Numbered from the stretch's first letter, positions 19,637 through 29,389 are shown. The stretch: 32,000 nt of DNA from Candidatus Lokiarchaeum ossiferum (GCA_025839675.1 CP104013.1:390001-422000), one strand, 5' to 3'. Made by a program: numbers and translations. The notes: generated by a model from the sequence alone, not told the origin.

Positions 19637-21706
19637 TCATGAAAAAATTCCATTAAATATCAAGTCAATATTTAGTTTTTGCTCGTCCGAACGAATTATA
19701 TTTTCATCTAAATCTAACTCATTTAATTTTTCAGAGAAACTTATCATTTTACTACGGATTTCAAATGTATCAGTATCACAAATCAATGCAAGCAACATAT
19801 TTGAATGATACTCCAATATGATATTCACATCATCATGTTGAATGGATTTTAAGTGGCCAGAAGATTTAGAAGCAAAAATTGAACTACTAAAAGAAGAAAT
19901 TGCACTGATCAACCCTGAAATAACTAGTTCACTGGCACTAAAGTGGGTATCCAAGTAATTAGAATATAAAGGTAACCCACTTTTACTTAAAACGAGCAAT
20001 CCATATATTTCATAATCAATTTTCTTGGAATTGTCTGCATCAATATTTGAAAAGGAAGAAGAGAGTAAATTGAATGAATTTTGTAGGATTTGATTCCGAT
20101 CTAATGATATATTCGATTCTCTTTTTTGACTTTCAATCTCATTTATTTTTTCTTCAACATCCTTGGGATCCTTTTCCATTCTATTAACTAATTTTAAGCA
20201 ATCGGCCAAAATATCAATTGCTTCATCATAATTTTTGTTCAATTCTTCAATATTTACTTTTAATAATAATGCTTTATAGTGTAGGTCATAAAAACTCTGT
20301 TCTTTTGATACCATAATGATATTATCAAGAAATTTATTGACATTTTCTAAGGAGTCTGCATTTCCAGCTTCACTAAAACGTTTTAAATATAATTCAGCCA
20401 TATATATCTGCAGTAAAATTTGTTTAGCAATATCTCTTGCATTAATTGCTTGATTTAAAGCATTCATATAATTATCATGTGCCAAATTGGTTTGATTTTC
20501 CATTTCTGCTAATTTTCCTGTATAGAAAAAAAACGCAAATTGGACTGGATAAATAGGATTATTATCCATTAAGGGTTCTAAAATAGATAATTGTTCTTTC
20601 AACTTGTTTTTGTTCTTCTTAACAACTAATAAATTCATGTAGGTCTTTCGAACCTCGCTATTGATATATGAATTCTCAATACTCGGATCAAGCATTTCAA
20701 TTGCTTCTTGAATGTATTTCATTGCTAAATCAAGATTATTCTCCTTAATGTAAAGTGAACAGAGATTATTATATAATACAATAAATGAATTTGTTTGATT
20801 CGCGCGATCTGAAGTTTCTTCGAGAATTTCAAGCGCATCTAAAGCATTTTTAATCGATTTTTTTAATTCTCCTCGTTTATTGTAGATTTCAGAAATATTA
20901 GACAAAGCAACAAATTCCATTCGATTATTGCCAATAAGCGCAACAATTTCAAGCAACTTACCGAAATATGCTAAAGCAGCATCAACATCTCCTAAATGAG
21001 ATGAATAAGAGCCTATGGAATTTAAGGCAATGCATTTTAGGACAGGAGCATTAATAGTGTTTGAATAATCTAAAGCTTTTTTGACATAAATGCCGGCCTT
21101 TTTTATTTTCCCTGTTGTCCAAAGATTCCAACTATAAAATCCAAGAAATTGGGCAAAAATCCACTGAATTAACGGATCTTCTAAATGAGAATTATGAAAA
21201 TTAGTTATCTTTTCTTCAAGCTCTTGAACTTTTGCTGAATTATTTAGTGTCAGATAATTGAAGAATTTAAAGCTATAAATAGTCATTATGGCAGCATTTC
21301 CTTCAGGATCGTGCTCTGGAGTAATCTTTTCAAGTATATTATTTTGATTTTCAGCTATCAATTTTGCCTCATCTGTTGTGTTTGACCCGAGAATCATACA
21401 TTTTGTAAGAAGATCATCTGATGTTAAAGTTTGAACAAAGGAGTTATCTTGAATTAAGAAACTTAAACGAATGGTTAACCGCAATAATTGTGTTATTTCT
21501 TCTGATGACAGAAATGCAGGATTTTTCTCCGTTTCCTTCCAGAAATTTTGGACGATATTTATGAGCTCTATAATTGAAGAGGGTTTTTTCCGTAAGATTT
21601 TTTTATTCAGTTTTTTTGATACCCTTTCCGAAATTTTGCTTGAAAGGAATGAATAATCTTGTAGAATCACTTTATTATATGTTCTTCTAATTCTAATGAT
21701 GAGCAC
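19637..21706 (-). CDS. TPR-repeat protein (689 aa) with a C-terminal Roadblock/LC7- or longin-like domain
   Basis: The central region carries TPR-type repeats, e.g. AGIYVKKALDYSNTI, ALAYFGKLLEIVALIG, SIKNALDALEILEE and LAMKYIQEAIEML. The C-terminal 129 aa (19640-20026) read YEIYGLLVLSKSGLPLYSNYLD..ELVISGLISAISSFSSSIF...HLKSIQHDDVNIILEYHSNMLLALICD, the typical roadblock/longin alternation. The start is GTG at 21706, with an alternative GTG at 21667. Confidence 0.75.
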   Translation of the reverse strand: MLIIRIRRTYNKVILQDYSFLSSKISERVSKKLNKKILRKKPSSIIELINIVQNFWKETEKNPAFLSSEEITQLLRLTIRLSFLIQDNSFVQTLTSDDLLTKCMILGSNTTDEAKLIAENQNNILEKITPEHDPEGNAAIMTIYSFKFFNYLTLNNSAKVQELEEKITNFHNSHLEDPLIQWIFAQFLGFYSWNLWTTGKIKKAGIYVKKALDYSNTINAPVLKCIALNSIGSYSSHLGDVDAALAYFGKLLEIVALIGNNRMEFVALSNISEIYNKRGELKKSIKNALDALEILEETSDRANQTNSFIVLYNNLCSLYIKENNLDLAMKYIQEAIEMLDPSIENSYINSEVRKTYMNLLVVKKNKNKLKEQLSILEPLMDNNPIYPVQFAFFFYTGKLAEMENQTNLAHDNYMNALNQAINARDIAKQILLQIYMAELYLKRFSEAGNADSLENVNKFLDNIIMVSKEQSFYDLHYKALLLKVNIEELNKNYDEAIDILADCLKLVNRMEKDPKDVEEKINEIESQKRESNISLDRNQILQNSFNLLSSSFSNIDADNSKKIDYEIYGLLVLSKSGLPLYSNYLDTHFSASELVISGLISAISSFSSSIFASKSSGHLKSIQHDDVNIILEYHSNMLLALICDTDTFEIRSKMISFSEKLNELDLDENIIRSDEQKLNIDLIFNGIFS

Positions 21707-21915
21707 CCATTATATTTCATAAATATTTTGAAAATCATTATGCTATGGTTCTTATGAAGTTTTAATGCTAATAGGTTTCTTTTTTCAATTGATAAGTTTT
21801 TAGTCTATCTGATATAATTTTGTAAATAATTATTACTTATTCTACTTTCTTTTAACTTAACATAGATAAGATGGTTTTATATTTATTTAAAACAGATTTA
21901 AAGTAGGTATTGACT

Positions 21916-23277
21916 ATGAAAACAATAATAATCGGTGGAAATCCTGCGGGTTTGAGTGCTGCAAGTGCAATTCGGAAAAAACATAAAGATTGGGAAATTG
22001 ATGTATATGAAAAAGGTCAGTATATATCATATGGAGCATGTGGTATTCCTTACTTTGTAGCAGATGATGTTAAAAATTTAGATAATTTGATGACCCTTAC
22101 AAAAGAAGGACTGATGGAAAAACGAAATATCCCGGTTCATATTTATCATGAAGTAGTATCAGTTGATTTTAATCGAAAAACGGTTAAAATCAAAGCTATT
22201 CAAAATAATCGAGAATTTGAAGAAAAATATGATTATCTTGTTATTACAACCGGAGGACAATCCAGTACTGAAAAAATCCAAATTCCAAATAACATTTTAA
22301 CACATTCACGATTATTCAAAGTCCACACCCTTTCTCAAGCAGCAAAATTGAAAACTTTTCTGCAATCAACTAAAGTTGAAAATGTTGTAATTATTGGAAG
22401 TGGATATATCGGTTTAGAGATGTTAGAAGCATATGAAGCTCTCAATGTAAAAAAGATCACATTAATTGGGCCTCGTTTAAATTTCCGGACTAAAAGTCAA
22501 GATTTTATTCAAAAAGAATTGGAAAAACATAATATACAACTTATTTTACAAAATAGAGTTCAAACTTTGAATCAAATTTCTGATACTTCCTTAGAAGTTC
22601 TATTACAAGATGGTACTAAACTCCAAGCAGATGCAGTGCAATTATCTATTGGGGTGATCCCAGCGACTCAAATGTTCAAAAACACGGAATTGAAGACTCT
22701 TCCAAATGGTGCAATTCTTGTGGATGAATTTTGCCGAACTAATATTGAAAAAGTTTATTCGGCCGGAGATTGCGCAACTTCATACCACAATTTACTTAAG
22801 AAAGATGTATACCTCCCACTTGCTCCAACTGCCAACAAACAAGGTAGAATCGCCGGATCACATATAGCAGGTATCCCTACAAGTCCTTTTCCTGGGATAA
22901 TCGGAACTTCGGTCTTCAAAGTTTTTGATCTTTATTGTGCTCAAACGGGAATTCAAGAAGATATTGCCAAAGAACTTAGTTATAATGCCACCTCCATAAT
23001 GATAACAAATAACGAAATTGCCCACTATTATCCAAATGCGAAAAAAATGTCAATTCAACTCTGTTTTGATATCGATACCCATCTAGTCTTAGGAGCAGAG
23101 ATAACTGCTCCAAGTTCTTTAGGTGCAAAAAAAATTGATGTTTTTGCAACGGCTATTGCAGCTCACATGAAAATTGATGACTTGCAACAGCTGGATTTAA
23201 GCTATGCACCACCTTTTGCACCAGTATGGGATCCTATTTTAATTGCAGCAAATATCGCCCGAAAAAAATGTAAGTAA
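21916..23277 (+). CDS. FAD-dependent pyridine nucleotide-disulfide oxidoreductase, CoA-disulfide reductase / NADH oxidase family
   Basis: IIIGGNPAGLSAASAIRK is the FAD GxGxxG motif. SYGACGIPYF holds the single redox Cys typical of CoADR/Nox. VVIIGSGYIGLEMLEA is the NAD(P)H motif, and YSAGDCA is also present. The ORF track starts at TTG 21910; ATG 21916 is more likely. Confidence 0.85.
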   Translation: MKTIIIGGNPAGLSAASAIRKKHKDWEIDVYEKGQYISYGACGIPYFVADDVKNLDNLMTLTKEGLMEKRNIPVHIYHEVVSVDFNRKTVKIKAIQNNREFEEKYDYLVITTGGQSSTEKIQIPNNILTHSRLFKVHTLSQAAKLKTFLQSTKVENVVIIGSGYIGLEMLEAYEALNVKKITLIGPRLNFRTKSQDFIQKELEKHNIQLILQNRVQTLNQISDTSLEVLLQDGTKLQADAVQLSIGVIPATQMFKNTELKTLPNGAILVDEFCRTNIEKVYSAGDCATSYHNLLKKDVYLPLAPTANKQGRIAGSHIAGIPTSPFPGIIGTSVFKVFDLYCAQTGIQEDIAKELSYNATSIMITNNEIAHYYPNAKKMSIQLCFDIDTHLVLGAEITAPSSLGAKKIDVFATAIAAHMKIDDLQQLDLSYAPPFAPVWDPILIAANIARKKCK

Positions 23278-23443
23278 TTTTAATTTTTCAATCCATATTT
23301 TTCGAAAAAAAAATTAATTACAATTTGACACTTTTTTCATCGAATTGTCCTACATCTCTTCTACGATGTAGTGTAGATAATATCCTCATATACTTGGTGA
23401 TTTTTAATAAAAATCTCCCCAATACTATCTATACAAGGAATAA

Positions 23444-24364
23444 ATGAAGAATATGCTATTATCCGAAATAATACCCGATTTTCTTATTGCGAAAGAGGTG
23501 GAAGAAGGATGTAGTCAGAATACTATAAAGGCATACAACTATGATCTTCAGATCTTGCTGAAACATTTATCCCAAATAGACGTTGATAAAATTCAGATTT
23601 TTCATATTCGAAAGGTCTTAAAATATTTCTACGAGAAACAATATTCTAAAAGAGCAATTGCTCGAAAAATCGCTTGTTATAAGTCATTTTTTCAATTTTG
23701 CGTTGATAATGAACTTCTTTTAAAAAATCCTATGCGTGCTATTAAGAGTCCGAAAATAAGTCAACAAGAAGCCTTACCGAAATATCTCTCACTTGAGGAT
23801 ATCCAAACCATTTTTGGAATGTTGGACAAATGGAAAGGGACAACCAATCACAAATATTGCAGGTTAAAAGTTATCATTCGCTTAATGTATGCATCATTAG
23901 CTCGAATCAGTGAAATTTGCAATTTAAACATTCAAGATATAGATATTTCCAATCGGTCAATTAAAGTTACAGGAAAGGGTAATAAGGAAAGATATATTCC
24001 CATAGATTTTACAACAGCGAAATATCTCGCTGAATTCATCAATTTTAGACAAATGGAATCAAGTGAAGAATATACCCCTCTTTTCATTAATTCTCGGAAT
24101 AAGCGCATAAGTCCTCGAACAATTCAACGAGATTTACAAGAATTAAAAGAACATTTAGGTTTTCCAAAAGAAAAAAAGTTCACACCCCACATCTTTCGCC
24201 ACTCCGGTGCGACCCACTTACGACAAAATGGAATGGACATAAGCGAACTTCAAGATCTTTTAGGCCATGCTAATCCAAATACAACGCGAATTTATGCAAA
24301 AAATGATATTTCCCGCTTGAAAAAATCCTATGATGAATATCACCCCCTAGCCTTAAATTCGTAA
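23444..24364 (+). CDS. xerA: Tyrosine recombinase, XerC/XerD/XerA family
   Basis: N-terminal SAM-like core-binding domain (TIKAYNYDLQILLKHL). Catalytic motifs ARISEICNL (Arg), HIFRHSGATHL (HxxR), LLGHANPNTTRIY (His and Tyr). Confidence 0.9.
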   Translation: MKNMLLSEIIPDFLIAKEVEEGCSQNTIKAYNYDLQILLKHLSQIDVDKIQIFHIRKVLKYFYEKQYSKRAIARKIACYKSFFQFCVDNELLLKNPMRAIKSPKISQQEALPKYLSLEDIQTIFGMLDKWKGTTNHKYCRLKVIIRLMYASLARISEICNLNIQDIDISNRSIKVTGKGNKERYIPIDFTTAKYLAEFINFRQMESSEEYTPLFINSRNKRISPRTIQRDLQELKEHLGFPKEKKFTPHIFRHSGATHLRQNGMDISELQDLLGHANPNTTRIYAKNDISRLKKSYDEYHPLALNS

Positions 24365-24423
24365 CCAGGGGTTACCACTAGCTTTTCAGTTATAATCGTT
24401 CTTTTTTTTACTTCTTAGATGTT

Positions 24424-25278
24424 TTGCAATGTGTGATTGAATTATCTTTTGAAAATGAGTTTAACCTAATGAAAACCTTTGAATGCGGTCAGAATTTTCT
24501 ATTTGAATCTTTTGATAATGGACAAACTTACTATGGTCCCTTTAAAGATCGCATTGTTAAATTAGTGCAAATTACACCTCACATCATAGGAATTGATTCC
24601 AATGTCAAGAAAAACCTAAAAAACGAAATGGAGATCTTTCTTCGATGTAAAGATGATTACAATGAAATGTTAAAAGTTATCGCGATTGATGACTTAATGA
24701 ATGAAGTAATCTCCTACAGTAAGGGATTGAGATTATTAAAACAAGAAGAATTTGAGTGCAGTATTTCCTATCTATTATCCCAATGTTCTAATATCCCCCG
24801 TATAAAGCATCATCTCAGACAACTAGGAGAAATATATGGCCAAAAAGTTAGATATGAAAAACGAGAATTTTTCTTGTTTCCAACCCGTGAAGATCTTTTA
24901 GATGTTTCTGAAGATACTTTTCGAGAATTGGGATTTGGATATCGAGCCAAATATATTTGGAATTTTATAAACTGTCATCCTGGTTTTTTATTAGAAGAAT
25001 TTGAGGATTCGGAGGAATTTAATAAAAATTTACAATGCATTGATGGGATTGGAAAAAAAGTGGCAGATTGCATCCAATTATTTGGATATGGAGATGTTAC
25101 GCATTTTCCAGTAGATATCTGGATAAAACGATTTATGATTCAATATTATAATGAGGGAAAAAAAGCATCTACAAAGATTCTTAGTCGTTTAGGGCGTCAA
25201 TTATTTAAGAATTGGGCTGGATATGCGCAAGAATTCATCTATTATTACGCTAGAAAGAACATGAAAATAGAAAACTAA
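24424..25278 (+). CDS. ogg: 8-oxoguanine DNA glycosylase/AP lyase, HhH-GPD superfamily (Ogg type)
   Basis: OGG_N-like FECGQNFLF. HhH-GPD motif LQCIDGIGKKVADCIQLFGYGDVTHFPVDIWIKR with the catalytic Lys and Asp. The start is uncertain: TTG 24424, GTG 24433 or ATG 24469. Confidence 0.85.
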   Translation: MQCVIELSFENEFNLMKTFECGQNFLFESFDNGQTYYGPFKDRIVKLVQITPHIIGIDSNVKKNLKNEMEIFLRCKDDYNEMLKVIAIDDLMNEVISYSKGLRLLKQEEFECSISYLLSQCSNIPRIKHHLRQLGEIYGQKVRYEKREFFLFPTREDLLDVSEDTFRELGFGYRAKYIWNFINCHPGFLLEEFEDSEEFNKNLQCIDGIGKKVADCIQLFGYGDVTHFPVDIWIKRFMIQYYNEGKKASTKILSRLGRQLFKNWAGYAQEFIYYYARKNMKIEN

Positions 25279-25386
25279 AATTTTCTTCTTTAGTTTTCAA
25301 TTAGAACATTGTTATTCGGTTAATTAATTTGACCAAAATACTGCCATAGTCTTTTTAAAGATTTAATAGCTTATACAATTGAACCT

Positions 25387-26130
25387 ATGTATATCTGTAA
25401 ATCCGAAAAATCAGCCACTATTACGCAATTAGAGCTGTCAGATTATTTTTCTGAAGGAAGAAAAATAGTATTTGACATGGATAATGAGCGAGAATCTAAA
25501 AAGGCAACTCGGATTTTAAAACCAAAGGGATTAATTAAAAAAAGAAGAAGAAATGCAAAAAAAGTCAAACCTCAGAAGCAAACAACTATGGCAGATATGT
25601 TTGGAACGAAATTGAACAAGAGTAGGAAAAAAAGGAGTTCAATCAAGAAGGAAACCAAAGATCTCAGTAAAAAAATCCCTCAAATAATCAAAAAAGAGAC
25701 AAAAAGTATTGTAAAACCAAGTTCTACAAATCAAAAAATTGAACCAAACCCTCAACCAGAAATTAAAAAAGTAGTTCAACCCAAATTGAAGAAAAAAACA
25801 AAATCTATTCCTTCAATGACAAAACCTTTTGTGGATTATGATACTATCACTAAATTTGGTCAAGATGGAGATGTTGAGATCACTTGTCCATTCTGTTCTG
25901 ACACGATGTTCTTTTTTTATGATGATTTAGAGGGAAAAAATATACGGAATACCCGGGTGTGTTCGTGTGATGCCGTTGCTCGAATCAGTACACGACAATA
26001 TAATAAAAAAATCTTCTTAGACTTAGGATTGAAGGAAGAACATAGTAAATTAATCAAATCATTTGAAAACGACCTACAAGATGAGTATGGTAATCCCATT
26101 TTTACTTTTGCTTTTCAAAACCAGATCTAA
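25387..26130 (+). CDS. Lys-rich, probably disordered protein with an N-terminal PIP-box-like motif and a C-terminal CxxC...CxC zinc-ribbon-like module
   Basis: QLELSDYF (aa 14-21) fits Qxx[LIM]xx[FY][FY]. QTTMADMF (aa 65-72) is a partial second copy. A ~100-aa Lys-rich stretch follows, then CPFCSDTMFFFYDDLEGKNIRNTRVCSC. Confidence 0.55.
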   Translation: MYICKSEKSATITQLELSDYFSEGRKIVFDMDNERESKKATRILKPKGLIKKRRRNAKKVKPQKQTTMADMFGTKLNKSRKKRSSIKKETKDLSKKIPQIIKKETKSIVKPSSTNQKIEPNPQPEIKKVVQPKLKKKTKSIPSMTKPFVDYDTITKFGQDGDVEITCPFCSDTMFFFYDDLEGKNIRNTRVCSCDAVARISTRQYNKKIFLDLGLKEEHSKLIKSFENDLQDEYGNPIFTFAFQNQI

Positions 26131-26550
26131 TTACGCTTCTGTCCAAATTGAAACTTGAATATTTCGAGTCCGTGGACCATCAAATTCACAAAACATAACT
26201 CCCTGCCATAATCCCAGTTGAAGTTTGCCATTTAGAATGATAATTTGTTGATGGAACCCCATGAGAGAGGCTTTCACATGAGCATCCGAATTTCCCTCAA
26301 CATGCAAGAAAGTTTGTTTTTGAGGAATAAGATCAGTCAGAATAGACATAAAGTCAGATTTAACGTCCTTATCAGCATTTTCATTGATAGTTACTCCGGC
26401 AGTTGTATGAGGGATAGAAATATGGCAAATTCCATTCAATGATGTTTGTTCGTTTTCTTTAGCGATTATTTTTTCAATTTCATTAGTGATATCAACCATC
26501 ATTTCATGTTTTGTTGTAATTATTGAAAAATTATAGTTAGAAAAAGGCAT
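26131..26550 (-). CDS. yjbQ: YjbQ/UPF0047 family protein (secondary thiamine-phosphate synthase-like)
   Basis: ITNEIEKII..GICHISIPHTTAGVTINENADKDVKSD..EGNSDAHVKASLMG..LQLGLWQGVMFCEFDGPRTR matches the conserved UPF0047 signature. Confidence 0.85.
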   Translation of the reverse strand: MPFSNYNFSIITTKHEMMVDITNEIEKIIAKENEQTSLNGICHISIPHTTAGVTINENADKDVKSDFMSILTDLIPQKQTFLHVEGNSDAHVKASLMGFHQQIIILNGKLQLGLWQGVMFCEFDGPRTRNIQVSIWTEA

Positions 26551-26722
26551 ATTTAGATATATTGTTAAAATAGAAATGAAGTTTTGGAAAAAGACCTCAA
26601 ATATTCTTGAAAATCATTTTTTGTAATTCCTTAATGGTTTGTTAGAATATTTCTGATAATTTTGTAAAAAAGTGGATACAAATGATAAATCTATTCTAAT
26701 ACTCTTACCAGAATCGATTTCT

Positions 26723-28082
26723 ATGGAATTGAAAAATTTGAAGGGAGGGGGGAAAGATAAAAAGTTTAAAGGAATATGAAGGAATTCCACTACATATAGC
26801 AGAATATAACGCCATTGTAGATATAGAAAAGGAATTAGGACGCCCGATCCCATCTTCAACAAAAACAAACTTTATTAATGGATTTGTTGCAGAGAATGGA
26901 TCTATAATATTTCTTGGTATTGATCATGAAAAATTAAAAAAAATCCCTTCTTCTATTCAAAACCTGACTAACTTAGAAATTTTAAATCTCAGTTATCTAA
27001 AATTAAAGACTTTACCAGAAGAAATTGGCAATCTTTCAAAATTGATCCAGTTGAATCTTGATAATAATCAAATCGATAAATTACCTGAAAGCCTTGGAAA
27101 TCTCACTAAATTAGAACAATTAGATTTAGCCTATAATAACTTACACACTTTACCAAATTCTTTTGGAAATTTAACTAATCTTCACAAACTCATTTTAACA
27201 AAGAATACTATTGATATAGAACTCAATTTTGAAAATTTGAAGAAAGTTTACAAAAAAGGCTGTGAAATCGAACGACAGACGGCATTTAAATGGACTGGTG
27301 CTAAAATTCAGAATTATCTTGTCAATTCTGGAAAAACTCAAGAAGAGTTATTCGATGATCTGTTTCAAATGGATGATCTGCTTTCATTTAATGAGCTCTG
27401 TTCATCCATGCATATGGTTGAAGATGATCTTGAACTAAAATGGAAGAGTAAAGATACTGAAAGAACGAAATGGGAAGAAAATGAAGTTTTTACAGATGGT
27501 CGGGTTGAACGAACTCAAAAAGAATATGAAGATTATAGTTGGGCTATGTTCTACCAAGACGTGCCACTGGTCATTGATGATTATGAAGTACTTATGCTGT
27601 TGGAAAGTATCTTGAATATGCCCGTTCCTGTTGTGGATAGTGCAAAATTGAATTTCGGATTTGTTTCAGATGAAGGTAGGATTATTGAATTGGGACTCTA
27701 TTATACTGGAATTGTAGAAATTCCAGAAGCTTTAGTATTATTGAAAGAACTCCAGCTACTCGATTTGGGAAAAAACAATATTAATTTGATTCCAGAATGG
27801 ATTTCCTATCTGACTAATTTAAATTCACTAAATTTGGAACAAAATAATCTTTATTCCCTACCGATTGAACTCGGAGAACTCGAAAATTTAAGCTTTCTAG
27901 ATCTTAGCCATAATAATTTAATATCACTCCCAAATTCGATTGAAAACTTATTCGGACTACAATATTTAAATTTACAAGATAATTCATTGAATTTTGAACA
28001 GCTATCTGAGATTCTGGAAATGCACCGACGAAGAGGATGCAAAATTGAAACAATTAGGGCTTTTAAACTCCTAAACACATAG
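26723..28082 (+). CDS. Leucine-rich-repeat protein made of two tandemly duplicated modules. The 5' end is apparently interrupted by a 1-nt frameshift in a G6 run. ORF-track entry 27042..28082 covers only the part after the first in-frame TTG.
   Basis: The frame of 27042 stays open back to 26742, adding 100 codons. These read REGGKIKSLKEYEGIPLHIAEYNAIVDIEKELGRPIP...IPSSIQNLTNLEILNLSYLKLKTLPEEIGNLSKL, which is clear LRR sequence paralogous to aa ~180-260 of the tracked ORF. No ATG, GTG or TTG occurs in that stretch. ATG 26723 is in the frame one nucleotide behind, so a +1 shift (skipping one nucleotide) at the G-run 26747-26752 joins it to the main frame. LRR consensus LxxLxLxxNxLxxLPxxIGxL is repeated at least 10 times. 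Confidence 0.6.
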
Positions 28083-28186
28083 AATGAAACAATATTCATA
28101 TCAATTTATCGAATAATGTCGAAAATACTTGTTTTATATTAATTAGAAAGATTTTTGGGGATCTTCTTCTAAAAGTACTTAAGTAA

Positions 28187-29389
28187 ATGCAACTTCTTCC
28201 CGATCTTGTAAATCGTCTTAAGAGAGAAAATCAAGAAAAAGAAAAAAAAAATTTTGGTCCCTACGCATATTTCAGTGATAAAGCCCAACGTAAAGTGAAA
28301 GAAATAAATGGATATCGCTCATACTTTACAAGGGATGCCGATCGGATCAATCATAGCCTATCCTTTGCACGTTATTTTGATAAAACCCAAGTATTTTTCT
28401 GGTTGCAAAGTGATATTCATCAAAAACGAATGCTCCATGTTCAGTTAGTTTCTAAAATTGCTCGAGAATTAGCGGAGGTTTTTAAATTAAATACTTCATT
28501 GGTTGAAGCAATCGCTTTAGGTCATGATATAGGCCATGTACCCTTTGGGCATGATGGAGAAGAATTGTTAACTAAAATAACCGAACAAAAAGGAATTGGT
28601 CAATACCATCATAATTTTGGAAGCGTTTGGTTTTTACAAGAAGTGGAAATGCAAAATCTTACACTCCCGGTCTTGGATGGTATACTCGGCCATAACGGGG
28701 AAAATCATCAAGGTAAATTATATCCCGCTTCTACAGAATTAACTTGGACTCACTTAGAACAGGATCTTGAAAACTTGAAATTAGGAAAAATTAAAGACCC
28801 AGTCCCCAAAACTATGGAAGGAATTTTAGTTCGATTTGCGGATACCATTAGTTATATCTCTAGAGATGTAATGGATGCCCAACATTTAGGTATTTTGTCA
28901 TTCAAAGATATCCCTGAATCAGTAAAAATTCAGTTGGGAAAATCTAATCGGGAGATTATTAATTCTTTAATAACGGATTTAATCCAAAATTCTATTGATC
29001 AACCCTATATTTCCTATAGTGAGGCAACTAATGCTGCTTTGCAAGATTTATACAAGTTTAACTTGAACCATATCTATTTACATCCGGATAAATTGCAACC
29101 TCTACCAACAATCGATAAAGCCATGCATCTACTTTGGGACCATTATTACGATGATTTAATCAATGAACGTTTAGATTCTAAAATTTTCAAAGATCATTTA
29201 TTCCTAAATCTCAACCAAATTCGGACCCGACGTCCTGAAATTAATTCTTTAGAAAAATATCCTTACTATAAACAGCCGCCGGAGATTATTGTTCGTGATT
29301 TTATTGCAGGAATGACTGACCAATTTTTCTGGAGCTTATCTAGTTCATTAGATCCCACATTAGAATTTGAACGAAAAATTGTTTATTGA
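28187..29389 (+). CDS. dgt: HD-domain dNTP triphosphohydrolase (dGTPase-like)
   Basis: RSYFTRDADRINHSLSFARYFDKTQVF, RMLHVQLVSKIAR and ALGHDIGHVPFGHDGEE (HD motif), plus the later FADTISY. These are typical of the Dgt family. Confidence 0.8.
   Translation: MQLLPDLVNRLKRENQEKEKKNFGPYAYFSDKAQRKVKEINGYRSYFTRDADRINHSLSFARYFDKTQVFFWLQSDIHQKRMLHVQLVSKIARELAEVFKLNTSLVEAIALGHDIGHVPFGHDGEELLTKITEQKGIGQYHHNFGSVWFLQEVEMQNLTLPVLDGILGHNGENHQGKLYPASTELTWTHLEQDLENLKLGKIKDPVPKTMEGILVRFADTISYISRDVMDAQHLGILSFKDIPESVKIQLGKSNREIINSLITDLIQNSIDQPYISYSEATNAALQDLYKFNLNHIYLHPDKLQPLPTIDKAMHLLWDHYYDDLINERLDSKIFKDHLFLNLNQIRTRRPEINSLEKYPYYKQPPEIIVRDFIAGMTDQFFWSLSSSLDPTLEFERKIVY

Noticed and set aside
23350-23371. Inverted repeat ctacatc-N8-gatgtag upstream of xerA, considered as a dif-like recombination site.
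   Set aside because: The arms are only 7 bp with an 8-nt spacer. The known Xer sites I recall have ~11-bp arms around a 6-8-bp core, and I see no resemblance. It is more likely a chance or promoter-proximal hairpin.
23444-24364. The tyrosine recombinase as a marker of an integrated mobile element.
   Set aside because: I saw no flanking direct repeats, tRNA target, or viral or plasmid genes. The neighbours are housekeeping genes (a CoADR/Nox-type oxidoreductase and ogg), which fits chromosomal XerA.
26614-26868. 84-aa minus-strand ORF.
   Set aside because: The opposite strand over 26742-27041 encodes recognisable LRR sequence continuous with the 27042 ORF. The minus-strand frame is the shadow.
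26723-29389. The LRR protein plus the dGTPase-like HD hydrolase as an antiviral defence island.
   Set aside because: dNTPases can act in defence, but there are no other defence hallmarks nearby (nucleases, TIR, STAND ATPases, RM or CRISPR). The Dgt motif set looks housekeeping. Two genes are not enough evidence.
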